A stretch of 64,000 nucleotides of DNA from Massalongia carnosa (GCA_965645245.1 OZ287072.1:2728001-2792000); one strand, 5' to 3'. Positions 47,683 through 61,262 are shown, counted from the stretch's first letter. Made by a program: numbers and translations. Notes: generated by a model from the letters alone, not told the origin.

Positions 47683-48712
47683 TGTAATGGGCTACGAGAC
47701 CAGTAAGCTTATCACGAGCGACACTGATCTCGAAAGGGGAAATGCTCAGCGTGAGAGGAGGAAGATAGCTACTACGTGCTAGTCTCCGAGAATATATGTG
47801 ATCCAAAGAACTAATGGATGTGGAAGTGCTTGGACCAAGAGATCTCGTCCGAGACCCAAACGTAGGTTGTTCATAGAATAAAGACTAATTGCTAACGAAT
47901 ACTACAAGATTCGTTCTGATATTTATCCTACTCACCCCAAGCCTATAGCCTTGGGAGCCTTGGAACCTTAGGAGCCTTGCAAGCCTTGGGAGTCTTGCGA
48001 GCATTACAGCCTTGCAATCCACATCCGACTTTATCGCATTACATCCAACCATCCCTCAGGATCCATCCACGAACTCGGCGTTCGCTGGATCATCTAGTCA
48101 GCCTCGAGCAGCCTTCTAGACCTTCCCTTGCAAGGTAGAACAATTCTACCCCCGGCTAGATCCCTCACTTCATGCCTCAGGCTATGTAGCTTCATTTCGC
48201 CGTCACCACTTCCTAGTGATGGAAGGTTACCTCCGACTGAATACCTCGCTACACTGCGGACCTGCCTCTAGACACAAGGTCTAGACAACGAGGTCATGTA
48301 GGTTCATTCAGCCGACATCACTACCAACGTAGTAATAAAGGTTGAAGCTGAAGTTTACACCGGGGAGCCTAGCTCAAGCTGCGTCCAGCGAGCCGTGCCT
48401 CCTGCTATCTCTCTTGAACCATCAAGAGATCCAGTAGCTACGAGTAGGCCAGTAGATCCCATATAGAGTTTCTTGGCGTCTCCACAGGAGTCCGCCTTAC
48501 ACTACATGGCAATCTACCACCACGGCCTCGACAGGTGTTTGATCTGTAAGTAGTCAAGAACGTGATAACAATAACTCCGAAGTTTCGGGGTAAGATGGCA
48601 GTGTGTCAGCCTCAACGGCTTATGCGACTTCGTACTACGGCATGGTCCACGCTAGTAAATCCCGCAACCGCCATAGACGATCACGTATCCCTCTAGCGCC
48701 ATCCGTATTACA
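47683..48712. mobile_element. Large solo LTR (1030 bp) in Copia-2 RNase H
   Basis: TGTAAT...ATTACA; TSD GTTAA; Copia sequence resumes exactly. Confidence 0.88.
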
Positions 48713-49475
48713 GTTAAACCATCTGCGACCATCTGATGAGTCGGCACATAGTCAACACATAAGTCCCCCCTTTGCACAGATTGCCTAAGCCAGCATTGGG
48801 CGACGTCTATATGCCTCAATTTAGTGTCAGTTTTTCCCATGTCGGAGGTTAAAATGCGAATTGTCTATAGGTTATCGTTATAGATAACTATATCTTGATC
48901 CAGGTTAAATAGTAGCTTTTCAAATAAATGTATCCACCATATAAGCTCTTTACCCGCATGAAGCATAGGTAATAACTCGGCCTCAGTGGTTGACGTGGTC
49001 ACGGTCAGTTGCTTCCTAGCGGCCCAGTCAATCATCCCACTAAATAGCTTAAATGTATAGCCCTCGGAGCTTTTATTTTCTGGGTTATTTGCATAGGATG
49101 CATCAGCCGTTGCCTCAAAAACCTGCTTATTAGCCGGAACCGGTCCATGATTTGCCATAGTAGTGATTTCACCGCCCCCTTTGGCCGAGTACTGGATTCC
49201 CAGATATTTCGTCCCATATAGATAACGTAGGAAATGGTCTGCAGCCCTCATATGACTAGGTCCCGGGCTGGTCAGATATTCAGCTAATTTTGAAGCTGAT
49301 TTTGCTATATCTGGCCGAGTCATAATAGCTGGGTAGCATATTTATCCAACATTCTTCCTATATAGATGCATTCTGGCCGGATCCACCTCCCCCTCTTATG
49401 GCGCCAGTTCTTTATTGAATATGGGCATTAGAGGTGTTTTAGCCTCCGACTTTTCATCTATGTCATATTCCTTAG

Positions 49476-49852
49476 TGTCAGGACCTGCCATAGAGACTAC
49501 GGAGAAGGCTACGGAAAAGGGGCATCAGCATGGACTCGGCCGCCGAACCCGGCCCGACCCTAATGGGCTGATTCCGCTGTCGGCCACATGCCGTCTCAGG
49601 GGGACGGCTGGCGAGGGGGACCGCTGGAAACCCATGTCGGATGGCACTAACCGCCCAAAGGGGCCGGGAGCCATTTAGACTAATCAGATAGCTGGGGGCT
49701 ATCCGATAAGGGAGTCTTAGGGGCAGACACGTCTGTAGGATAAAGAGGTCGATGCCCACCTTATTCTAAGGGCATAGATCAATAATATACATTATTGAGA
49801 GACCCCATTCACGTGACCAACACGCGCTCTGAGTAGAAGCATACGTCTTACA
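49476..49852 (+). mobile_element. Solo LTR (377 bp) of the Gypsy-3 family, opposite orientation
   Basis: Reverse complement of 52217-52593; TSD CTTAG/CTTGG. Confidence 0.93.
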
Positions 49853-52798
49853 CTTGGCTAACTTGTTCATATAGGAGTCTTGAATCATGTGGATCGTCTT
49901 TTCTTCTATTTTATAAATGACCCGTACGCCTAGAAAATAGGTTAATGGACCCATATCCCGTATTTCGATCATCTTCATAAAACGTTGCACATATTTCTCG
50001 ACTTCGGCTTCTTTTTTGGGCCGATACGCCATTACTATGTCGTCCACATAGAAGTATAGTATGATTCCCTCAGTATAGAATAGGCATGGTTCGCCTGGCA
50101 CCTGTTTAACCCTAGTTCTATGTATTTGCCTATTGGCATTCGTAGCCATGGAAGGGGTGACTTTCTTTGACCATATAGCGCTTTTTTCACTTTTAGCACC
50201 TGCTTTCTAAGCTTAAAACCATCAGGCAAAAAGCAGTATATAGGCTCGTCATTGTGAGCGTTTAGAAAGGCGTTAATATCGTCCAACTGCCTCGTTTTCA
50301 GCCCGAATGCAGCAACTAATGCCATTAATGCCCTAAACACCTTGAAGGCTACTGTAGCTGCATAAACATCTTGAGCATTATCTTGCTGTAGGTCACCTCT
50401 AACCACTAGACGTACTTTGAACTTTGCGAAATAGCCGTCCGAATCAGTCTTATAGATGAAAACCCAATTGAGGGGCAATATTGGCTATATAGCCTCATCT
50501 TGATCAACTATTTCCCATGTTTCTTTGTGGAAAAGTGCCTCCCATTCAACGTTAGCTGCTTTCATGAACTCATCTGCATAGGGATGCCTTAGCAGAGCTC
50601 GCCAATGAGATAGGGGGGCGGGCAAATCATCAGTTCGGATCTGATTAGTAATTCTTGCCGTCCCCGCCATAAACGCTTTATGAAATTGAGGGAATTTCGA
50701 CATATCTTCTGCTGACCAAGCTCTATTTGCAGCGTATCTAGGGTCTGGTTTCCAAGTACGTTTTCCCTCTATAACGTTTGCCTCATTTATCCTATCGCTC
50801 CTTTTTCCTGATGATTGCTCTATTTCCGTCACATTAAGGGGGGCTCGGCCCGTTTGCGGGAGTTGTAGAGGGTCAATTGTTGATGCCCTCACATTTTTGG
50901 CCCTTCTTTTATCTATGGAGACATTAGGGCTAATGTCTAGTTCAGGTGTTTCTATCAGAGTTTCCAGTTGCAGGGGCGTTGATGAGCGAGTTATTTTCTC
51001 CTGTATTTCGTCCTGACTGGTGAGTTATCTTTTATGGTCAATTGCTCTATACGCTTATTGACTGATAAGTCTAGCTATTCTTCTTCCTCACTATCTATCT
51101 CCTGAAATGCGGGGCGTGGTTCAACTACATGAAACTCTATAAAGCTCGCTTTTTCAGTCTCCTTTAGCAATAGCTCCTTATTAGACGTATAGGCGCTATA
51201 AAGCTCATCTTCGTTGAATATGACGTCTCTATAACCGCTGACATCTCCCTTTTCTGGATTCCATATCCTGAAGATATTGGTTGAATCATAGCCAACCAAA
51301 TAGCCAACAAATACCCTAGGTTTCAACTTATTGCTTTTGGGAGGAGCATCGGCCCCTTTTAGCAATAGATACGCCTTGCAACCAAACACTTTTAGATGAG
51401 CCAGCTCGTATCTGACTGATTGACCCGGATTGGTCAGTTTCTGCAATTTGACCAATGGGGAGTCCCATTCCAGAGCTTTATTAGGGGTTCGATTCATCAG
51501 ATGGGCTGCAGCTAAATAGCACTCCGGATACAGGGCTTCTTGCATTTTTGAATATTCCCCGATGTATCGAGCTTTTTCAGTTAATAGGGCTCCGAAATAC
51601 TCCGAAACGCCATTTTGCTCAGGGGTATTCTTTGCTGACCATGACAATTTTATGCCTTGCTGACTGATCCATGCTTCTAGGGCTTTTCCTATTGATGTTT
51701 CTTGCCCCGTGCGAATAGTTGTTACAATTGAATTAATGGAAATGCCAGCCCTATCGCATTGATTGATCAAGCTTTTGAAGATGGGCAATAGGGTCTTTTC
51801 CTTATGATCATTCAATGGATAAACCTATACATATGAGGAAAATTCGTCCGTCAAATTAGCTATACAGCTCGTTCCATCGAACCCCTTATCAATGATTGTT
51901 AGGTCAAAATGAAGCACCTGATATGGCTTGATAGCACGCCCTGAGGGAGCTTTATTGATGGCTCTATGCATTTCGGAGACTGCACACGTTTCGCATTGGA
52001 TTGTCCTAGGTGCGTTTTCACCACCTACGCCTTTTGAAACTGTCACCTCATCGATCTTCTTTAGCTGGTCAATCACCTCTGGCCGGCAATGAGCGAGGCG
52101 AAGATGCCATTTCCATGGAGTTGCTTTTGACGTATCGCGTGGCTGCACTGAGTTAGCAAACCCTATATCTATGGATTCAGGGTTATATCCTATGATTGAG
52201 AGTCTATAGTGCTCCTTGTAAGACGTATGCTTCTACTCAGAGGGCGTGTTGGTCACGTGAATGGGGTGTCTCAATAATGTATGTTATTGATCTATGCCCT
52301 TAGAACAAGGTGGGCATCGACCTCTTTATGCTACAGACGTGTCTCCCCCTAAGACTCCCTTATCGGATAGCCCCCAGCTATCTGATTGGTCCAAATGGCT
52401 CCCGGCCCCTTTGGGCGGTTAGTGCCATCCGACATGGGTTTCCAGCGGTCCCCCTCGCCAGCCGTCCCCCTGAGACGGCATGTGGCCGACAGCGGAATCA
52501 GCCCATTAGGGTCGGGCCGGGTTCGGCGGCCGAGTCCATGCTGATGCCCCTTTTCCGTAGCCTTCTCCGTAGTCTCTATGGCAGGTCCTGATATTATCCT
52601 CCCCCTAGGGCTCATTTCGCAGGAGGCTTCGACTCACGTGATATCTTCTTTTCGTTGTTGGTGATATTCTTTGTTGTCGGATGCCCTCGTAATGCCAGTA
52701 ATTCGAGCATAAATAGCCACTTGGCCTGTCTATCTCCCCTCAGTAGTCCCCAATCCATGACTTACTTTTCATCAGTTCAATCCTCCAATTTCCCAATT

Positions 52799-53358
52799 AT
52801 GTCTGATGTACCACCCCCCGCCGCCAGTCGCCGTCGGCCACCCCGAGCGTACGATGTCCATTTGCCCGACTTTCCTCCCCCTGCTGCAGCGGTGCGGGTG
52901 CCTCCCAAATGGGTCGGCCCCACTTCGGAGGCTTCTCTCTGCCATCGGTGTTCCCAACACAATCCTGAACTTAATTTCAACTGCACCACCGATAACCAGC
53001 CTCGGGGAAGTGCGCTGATTGCATTCATCGAAAGGAGGTTTGTCGCCCGATCCCAGTTCCTTTTCGGCGGACGGTCCTTCGGTTGCTGTAAGAGGCAACC
53101 GCCATCAACAACCTGCCGACCCCAAATCGGGCCCGGTTCGCTGCTCTCGCTGCCAAGCATGAGCGATATGTCGCCCGTGTGGCCATTTGGGAGCGCGCCC
53201 GTGCCAAGGCCTTGAAAACCGACAGCGTGGAGGGACTAGATGCCCTTGCGCAGATCCGACGGCAGGCCTTTGAGACCGACGCCCTACTTCGGTGGGAAAA
53301 GGGGCTTCCCGTGACCGTCCCGGAGGGTGAGGAACAGGTGTCGGATCATGAGGGGTAG
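52799..53358 (+). pseudogene. Antisense extra ORF of Gypsy-3 with a Zn2Cys6-like motif
   Basis: Repairing one frameshift (~52997) and one TAA (53089) gives ~186 aa with CHRC-x10-C-x9-CADC-x6-C. Confidence 0.6.
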
Positions 53359-53458
53359 CTAGCTTTCTTTTTAGCAATAATCAAAGCTGTTTACTTAACT
53401 GTGTCTTAGGTCGATAAGATAAGATTATATTTTTCGCATGCCCGGTATGGGAAAAGAT

Positions 53459-56400
53459 CTATTTGCTTATCTTTCTTCTCTTTTCCCCGCTTTTCGACGG
53501 GTTCGATGGGTATGTCCGATGATAAATCCTAATTAGGTCTTGTGACCCTTCCATGTCTTCCAATGACAGCCATTGATTGTCCGAATCCGGATATCCTTTC
53601 CATTTGACCAGATATTGCAGTTTCCCGTATCGGATTCGACTGCTCAGTACCTCCTCCACCTCGTATTGCTCCTCGCCGTCGACCTCGATGGCCGGGGGGA
53701 GCTCAGGACCTCTTGCTGAGTCTTCATTGTATGGTTCTAGAAGGTTGACGTGAAAGACGTCGTGGACGCCTTTTAGTAGCGGCGGTAGTTTCAGACGATA
53801 CGTTTGCTTTCCTATAACCTTGGTTATCTCATAAGGACCGTAGTATTTATAGTCCAGTTTCTTTGAAGGCCTAGTAGATGAGATGTTTTTAGCATTAAGT
53901 AGTACCTTGTCCTTGACCCGATAGGTCATCGGGGTGTGCTTCTGATTGTAGTACTTAGCTTGATCTGATGATGCTTTTTGCAGCAGAGTTTCGAGACGAC
54001 GTCTCTTTTCGAGCGTTTCTATCGCCCTGTCTTTCGCTGCTGGCGTTTCCTTTTCGGTTTTCGTTATTTCCTCCTCCCACCTCGGTGCCTCTCCGAAAAG
54101 GGCCTCGAATGGGGACATTTTCAGTACGCTATGCCGACTGTTGTTGTAGGCGTATTCTGCCATCGGTAGCCAGTACACCCAGTCGTCTTGTTGATAATTG
54201 ACGTAGCAACGAAGGTACTGTTCCAACGTCTGGTTTTGACGTTCCGTTTGCCCGTCGGTCTGGGGGTGAAAGGCCGTACTGTAATTGAGCCGTACCCTCA
54301 GATGATAGCAAAAGTTGGACCAGAAATTCGAGGTGAACAGGCTTCCCCTGTCGGTCACCAGCGAGACCGGCATTCCAAAGCGGGTGAAGACTTCTTCTAC
54401 CAGGGCGTCGGCAAGGTTCTCCGCCGTCCAGTCTTTCCTGGCCGCGATGTATCGGGCGTACTTTGTATACCTGTCAACAATTACTAGTATTGCATCAAAA
54501 ATAAGGGTGCGGCGGATGCTCGGGGGCAAATCCGTAATGAAATCTAGTGTCCAATTCTGTCTTGGACCCAGAGGTACTGGCAAGGATTCTAATTCGCCGA
54601 ATGGTCTATGCCTGACTGCCTTGACTTGATGACAGCGAGTACAGGTATCAACGTAGTGCTTGACATCAGGGACCATTCGGGGCCAGTAGTATTTTCGTTG
54701 GAGAAGTTCTGTCGTTCTGAGGGTACCGAAATGCCCTGCGTTTGGATCATCATGATTCCTTTTTAGCAGTTCGTTTCTCAGCAATCCAGGCGGTATATAC
54801 CACCTGTTATTTCGACAGAGGATGTCATCTTTGAGATGCCAGAGCCCGTCTTCTTTCTCATCGGCAGGAAGGTCGTCTCCTGCGACCCCCTCCATTCCCT
54901 CGGTGGGCTGCCTCTGACCATCCCTTTCCTGATCCAGCTCTCCCTGCAACGACGATGCGGCGAGGGGCCGGCTTCGCTTCGCAAGGTGATCAGTCTCTTG
55001 AAGAATACGAAGGACGGTGCTGAGTTCCAGGGGGGGCGATGCAAAGGCAGCTTCCGACTCAGTCACGTCTAGGACGCGCTGGCTTAATGTGTCCGAGTCC
55101 CTCTCGGCCTCGACGAGTCGGAATCCCACAGGCTTGGAGTCAGCCGCGGTCTCGTCTGACTTCGGAGGGGCAGGCTTTTTGCCCTTTTTCTTCCCCCCCT
55201 TGGTCCTTCTCATTGCCGCCTGGATATCAGGATCCGACGCCCGTGCAGCATTCGGGGTGGTATCCATCCCTACGACAGCAATTGAGGATTCCGTGCGCGT
55301 CTCCGGTGGAGTATTGTTGAAGACGAAGGATTCCTTCGGCCCTTGACCGACTTCATCTGAAGAAACTAATGCGTAGGCTCTCGTTTGATATACCTCGCTT
55401 TCCCCCCCGACGACCCCCTGACCCAGCAGCGTGGCCTCGTCTTGACGATGCAAGCCTGGCCCTGCGTAGTCCGGGCGTCGCGAGGGTCCATCTGCCGGAT
55501 TATTCCGACCAGGTCTGTACTCGAGCTGTAGGTCTAGACTGGATAGTCTTTCCCACCAACGCGCTTCGCGTCTAGATAGTGTTTTGGTTGTGAAAAAGGT
55601 GCGAAGGTTTCCATGATCGGTGAGCACTTTGACGGGGAAGTTTGCCCCTTCAAGATAGTGTCTCCAATTTTTGCACGCTTCCACGATTGCTAACATTTCC
55701 TTCTCCCCGACCCCATAATTGATTTCTGCAGGGGTCATTTTCCGGGACCAGAAGGCGATCGGGTGCCATTGGCCCGTTTCTTCGACTAGTTGACTGAGGA
55801 TTCCTGATAGGGCGAAATCTGACGCATCCGTCTCGAGCTTAATACGCCTTGCAGGATCGAAATGCAGCAACATTGGGGCGCTAGTGAACGCGATTTTTAA
55901 CGCCTCAAAAGCCCCCTTTGCCTTGTCCGTCCACACGAACTTCCCCCGGAAACGGCCTTTGTCCCCACCTTTCAGCAAGGAAGTGATTGGCGCCACTATG
56001 CGCGAGAATCCTTTGATGAAGCGTCTATAGAAGTTGGCGAATCCAAGAAAGACTTGAACTTCTCGATGAGATTTCGGCTCCGGCCATTGCGTCACCGTAA
56101 AAATCCGTCCTGGGTCCATGGCGATGCCTTTTCGGGAGAGTATGTAGCCCAGGAAGTCCAGCTCGTACGCGTGGAAGATGCATTTCGATAACTTTGCGTG
56201 TAGTTTCCATTTCCGCAATTGATCCAGAACCCATCGAACGTGGCCCGAATGCTCCTCTTCCGTCTTGGAGAAGATGAGGATGTCGTCAAGATATACTACT
56301 ACGAACTGGTCGAGATTCTCTTTCAACACCTCGTGAATGAACGCTTGAAAGGAGGCGGGGGCATTGACCAGTCCGAAGGGCATGACTCTATACTCAAAAT

Positions 56401-57560
56401 GGCCATATCTACATCTGAAGGCCGTCTTCCATTCGTCCCCGGCGGCGATTCGGAGGGTGTTGTATGCGTCCCTCAAATCCAACTTGGTGTAGATAGCCGA
56501 CCCGCTGACGATGTCGAACAGCCCCTGGATCAGGGGTAGAGGGTACTTATTCTTAATCGTAGCAGCATTTAGGGCCCGATAATCGACACAGAGACGTAGA
56601 CTACCATCTTTCTTCTTTGTGAATAGGATGGGCGCGCCTAGTCGTGAGGTGCTATGGGTAATATACCCTTTTGCCAGGTTGTCGTCGATGTAGTCTTTTA
56701 GGGTTTCTAGTTCGGTGAGGGAGAGGTTATACATGGCCCGGGTCGGGGGTGGTTCGCCTTCCAGATTGATTTTATGGTCGTGGGGCCCTCGTTCTGGTAG
56801 CACTGAAGCTTTTTCATTGGAGCAGACGTCACTGTAGGATTGATACAGAGGCAGAAGTTTATTGCTAGACGTAGAGATGGCACCAACTATTGACTCCAAC
56901 TCCGGGCTCCCACCGAGCACTTCCCGAATGTCTATTAGGAATGCGTCGACGCCCTCGCATTCGCAGATGTCAAAGATCTCCTGCTCACTCACCATTGCCA
57001 CTACTGGGAGATTGATACTTCGATGAGGGGTTTCCTCATCGCCTACAGTGACCCCGGGACGTTCCCCTGGCAGGTCATCTCGTACTTCACCCTCGATGAG
57101 GTGGCTTTCATGGATTATCCTCCTTTCGCGCCAGCCGATGGATGGATTGGCATGACCCAACCAGGGCAAGCCCAGGATCATGTCCACCCCATACATGTCT
57201 GACGCGACGAATGCCTGCTCGGCCACTCGCTCAAGACCATTGTCATCAACAACCCCGACGCGCAGGGCATGATCAAAATAAGTCTGGAAGGGGGTTCCAT
57301 CGAGAGTTTTCAACCCAGATGGTGGAGGGGAGCCGGGAGGATCTCGAACACCTACCTCATTTAGCCAGGTTTGAGCGATAAGGTTCCAAGTTGCTCCGCA
57401 GTCGATCATTGCTCGGACACGATGCTGACTGTTGTCGTAATATAGGAAAACCGTTGAGAAGAGGTGGCGGCATGGGGATTTCCTCATTTGCCGGGCCAAT
57501 ACGACGGAGGCAACGTCTATTGGCCCCGACCTTTTCCCGGCCGGCGGGACGATCCCCGCG
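53459..57560 (-). CDS. Gypsy-3 pol (PR-RT-RH-IN-chromodomain), open
   Basis: MIDCGA, YLDD, TDAS, GHFG..CTRC, TDRG, GPY, EQYEVEEVL..YLVKWKGY; start is approximate (frameshift from gag). Confidence 0.95.
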
Positions 57561-58620
57561 GCGACGGCCGGGACCGACATTCGAATTGAAGGTGCCCCAT
57601 TTTCCCGCAGTTCCAGCAATCCTTATCCGACCAATTTCCTTTTGGTCTCGTAGGGGGCGGGGCTTCTTGATCTTGCTGATCTTCCTGATCATCCAGCTTT
57701 CTTTTGTTTGATTGGTGGTTCGGATTAATCACGGGTGCCTGTGGAGCGTCAGCGGGTCCATCTTCTTCAGGTTTGGGGGTTGAGGAAGATTGATTGTTTC
57801 GATTTTGATTCCGGCTTTTATTGAAAGTCTTCTTCCATCCATCGGGTTTTGGCTCAACCCTTTCCGCAATCCTCACCGCCTCGACCAGTTCCGCCCTGGT
57901 CGTCCCCTGACTACCCGCCCGGATCACAGCCGTCTTCAAGTAGTCGTGCACGCTGTGTAGGAGGTTGGAATGCTTCTGCATTTCCGTGGGGGGTTCGGGG
58001 AGTTGAGCTTCTAGGCTTTCCAGATATGTGACAAAATCGGACACGGTCTGCCCCTGGAATTGGCGCAATTTCTTCAGTTGTCCCCCCAGATCCATCAAGC
58101 GTAGATGCTTCGGTTTGAGCTTTTCCTGGAGGAAGTCAGCAAAGATTTTCCAGGTGAGCTCACCTTCCGCCGCCTTCGTCGTCGCTTCCTTCTCACGGTG
58201 CCAATCGTCGGCAGGGGCTCCGGATAGATAGTTCTCGGCGTAGAGGACCTGTGCCGAGGGCGATTCGTATGTGACTGGCTTCTGCAGAAAAGTTCTCTTG
58301 CAGTCACGTAGGAATGTGTCAAACGCCCGCTGATTGTCGCCGGCGTAGGTCGTCGGGTCTACGGAACGAAGAGACCTTTCCAGGGCCAGCGGGTCGACGG
58401 GTTTGGTTCGATCCGTGAGAGTGGGGAAGCCGGCGGCCTTTTCCTTCTTCAGGTCCTCCAGCGTTTTGGCTAGGTGCGCCTGCTTCCGTTCAGCCTCAAT
58501 GGCCTCAACTTCTCGCTGCATGTCTGCCATGGTGGCGGAAATTAGGGTCTCGTCCGGGTTAGGTGTCGGGTTCGCCCCGGAAGCGGTGGACGAAGACATA
58601 TGCGATCTAGTTAATACCAT
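57517..58620 (-). CDS. Gypsy-3 gag
   Basis: LRQ..Q.VSDF, CWNCGKMGHLQFEC; GGGAAAA near the end, a likely -1 frameshift site. Confidence 0.93.
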   Translation of the reverse strand: MVLTRSHMSSSTASGANPTPNPDETLISATMADMQREVEAIEAERKQAHLAKTLEDLKKEKAAGFPTLTDRTKPVDPLALERSLRSVDPTTYAGDNQRAFDTFLRDCKRTFLQKPVTYESPSAQVLYAENYLSGAPADDWHREKEATTKAAEGELTWKIFADFLQEKLKPKHLRLMDLGGQLKKLRQFQGQTVSDFVTYLESLEAQLPEPPTEMQKHSNLLHSVHDYLKTAVIRAGSQGTTRAELVEAVRIAERVEPKPDGWKKTFNKSRNQNRNNQSSSTPKPEEDGPADAPQAPVINPNHQSNKRKLDDQEDQQDQEAPPPTRPKGNWSDKDCWNCGKMGHLQFECRSRPSPRGSSRRPGKGRGQ

Positions 58621-59609
58621 AGGTTGAAATGTCGAGGTAATGAGGAATGACCAACGGGCTCCCTAGAAGGTTGGATAGATCAAAGTGTAAGACGTATGCT
58701 TCTACTCAGAGGGCGTGTTGGTCACGTGAATGGGGTGTCTCATTAATGTATGTTATTGATCTATGCCCTTAGAACAAGGTGGGCATCGACCTCTTTATGC
58801 TACAGACGTGTCTCCCCCTAAGACTCCCTTATCGGATAGCCCCCAGCTATCTGATTGGTCCAAATGGCTCCCGGCCCCTTTGGGCGGTTAGTGCCATCCG
58901 ACATGGGTTTCCAGCGGTCCCCCTCGCCAGCCGTCCCCCTGAGACGGCATGTGGCCGACAGCGGAATCAGCCCATTAGGGTCGGGCCGGGTTCGGCGGCC
59001 GAGTCCATGCTGATGCCCCTTTTCCGTATCCTTCTCCGTAGTCTCTATGGCAGGTCCTGAAACTCCTTTATTTCACATATTTGTTGCCCTGTCTCCTTAC
59101 CTATAAGGGTATCAGTGAACATATCCCAGAAAAAGCCTCGTTTTTTCAACTTATTGGCCGAAACCAACGTCACTGATAAATCAGGAATATAAGCTGTTCC
59201 TTCGAATAATAGCTCCCTTTTCTGGCCATTCAATAGGCCATTTACCCTCATTGAGCCATGAACATGGATTTTTATCTCCCCGTCGGGGGTGTCCACCCAC
59301 ATGTCTGACGAAGTTGGGGTTATCTCTCCTATAAACCGTGATTTATCATAGGTCAGAGGGTAATCGCATCCAGAGTCAAAGATGACGCTTTTATGCAAGG
59401 GGTTATTTGCCTTACATGTAACGTTCGCAAACGAGAAGGATTGACTTGGCAATTTAATGTGATTGCCCTGATTATGTTGATCATTCTATGCTTTTTGGGA
59501 GCTCTTTTTGACTGACTCCTCAGTTATTCCATCTAGTATATTGGTGTCGGTGACCTTCTTAATGGCCATGAGAAACCGAATGTTTGACGGAATTTTCTGA
59601 CGTATTTCA

Positions 59610-59963
59610 TGTCATGGAGTGACTGGGAACCTGCCAGTTAGTTCATTGGATCAACTTTAGCTGCTTGAACGAAGCACTAGCCGGTTAGCCGATCCGAAAG
59701 GAACTAAGCTTAATCCGGTTCAGTCAGGGCAAAGGTAAGTGTTCCGACTATCAATAGTGTCATGGCGATAGTTTCATGCTAGGGACTTGGGGAAATTGGA
59801 TCAACGGCTGGATTGGGACTAGTTCCGTTTGCCAGAGTCTTATAATCGCCCACTTTGGATTTTCTGTTTCTTTTCTCCTTGTCGAACGTCTTGTCCACCT
59901 AGCTAGACAATCAATTAACACGTTTGCACCACCTGAATTCCTACCTAACCTCGCACCGTGACA
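59610..59963. mobile_element. Solo LTR (354 bp) in Copia-2 gag
   Basis: TGTCATGG...CCGTGACA; TSD TTTCA. Confidence 0.92.
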
Positions 59964-61262
59964 TTTCATTGCGTACGGTTTTATCTTCCTTCCATGCAGG
60001 GGGGCGAGCTGATTTGACGATATATGGGCATAGCCTGAACAGGTGTATTTTCCCACATACGCACTGTCTATCCTTGAATATGGCCTCTTTTGATTGGCCA
60101 TTCTATTGACTTGATTGGCTAGGCCCCGGACCTTTATTTTCGTCTTGAATTTGCCCCTGCAGCGAGGCTGCATTAGCTTGATTTCTAGACGTTGATTGTG
60201 CCTCATTCAGTAATGATTCCACGGCCAAACGATAATCCGCGGCTAAACGATATTCCCTGGTTGTCTTGTAAAATTTAACCGTCGTCTTAGCAGCCCTATG
60301 CTGCATTACCCAGTTTTCACAGAAATTGGGCACCCATTTCTTCCCTGATTGGAGAAATTCATCGATGAATATGGTCTCGGAGCCAAATAGGCCCGTTACG
60401 TTGAGCTCAACAATTTGTCCCTTAATATTCTCCCAATAAGCTACTCATTCCTCTATTTTACCTTTATGGGCGGGATTTTTAGGTCTAGAAATTGCTCTTG
60501 CAATTGCTCTATGACTTGGTCATCTGACCGCTTATATCTTGCAGCCAGAATTTTCACTATTTCCCTAACCGATGAAGCCATCTTATTGGGGGGGATGTAT
60601 GCTCGTGCGGAGCTCTTTAGTGCATTGTCCACTATTCTGAGTCCTTGGGCGACCTTCTCCACATATTTTCCTTCATATTATAAGCTGATATCTCCATTTT
60701 ATAGTCCTCCTTTTGCTCAGCCGATAAATCGCCGTATTTCTCAGCCGATTTCATGGCTATTACAACTTTACCTTCTATAATGGGGTAAGCAATTCTACCT
60801 GCTGGCTTCGCTTGAATAGGGACTTGATATTGTGAAACTTCCGGATATTCTCCCTCTTCGGGCTCCGGGTTTGAACCATTGGGGTCCACATATTGCCATA
60901 CCTTCGCTTTCTCGGATATTCCTTGTAATTCCGTAATCCATAGATAATAATTCTTGGGAGGTAGGGCGATCATCGTTGCTTTGTTGGTCTCCTCCATTTT
61001 GATCGTTTTGTTGGATCGTTTTGGGAAGAGGGTTTTAGTCAACTAGATCAATGAGTAGGAATTTGAAGCTTCTATGCTCACCGGGCTCATAACTATCAAG
61101 CTGTATAAGCTAATGTGGAATATTGGTGAAAAGGAGTGGTGTGTATTGTTCTATGGGAGGTCTAGGCTAGCTAACTGAGGGATATCTCATAGGGGTTCGT
61201 GGATCATGTGACCCATGGCGGGTCATGTGACCCCTAATCGCCTGACAAAAGATAATCTGGGT

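Larger units (their letters stand above)
52217..59062 (-). mobile_element. Ty3/Gypsy chromovirus 3, full length, nested in Copia-2
   Basis: 377-bp LTRs 52217-52593 and 58686-59062; TSD CTCCT; PPT at ~52597-52606. Confidence 0.97.
47319..61247 (-). mobile_element. Ty1/Copia element 2 (same family as Copia-1), degenerate, hosting four LTR insertions
   Basis: LTRs 47319-47453 and 61094-61247; TSD AAAGA; internal fragments collinear with Copia-1. Confidence 0.95.

Noticed and set aside
52310..52591. Repeated 93-aa ORF MGIDLF... (also 49478 and 58779)
   Set aside because: Repeated only because it lies in the LTR; GTG start and no domain features
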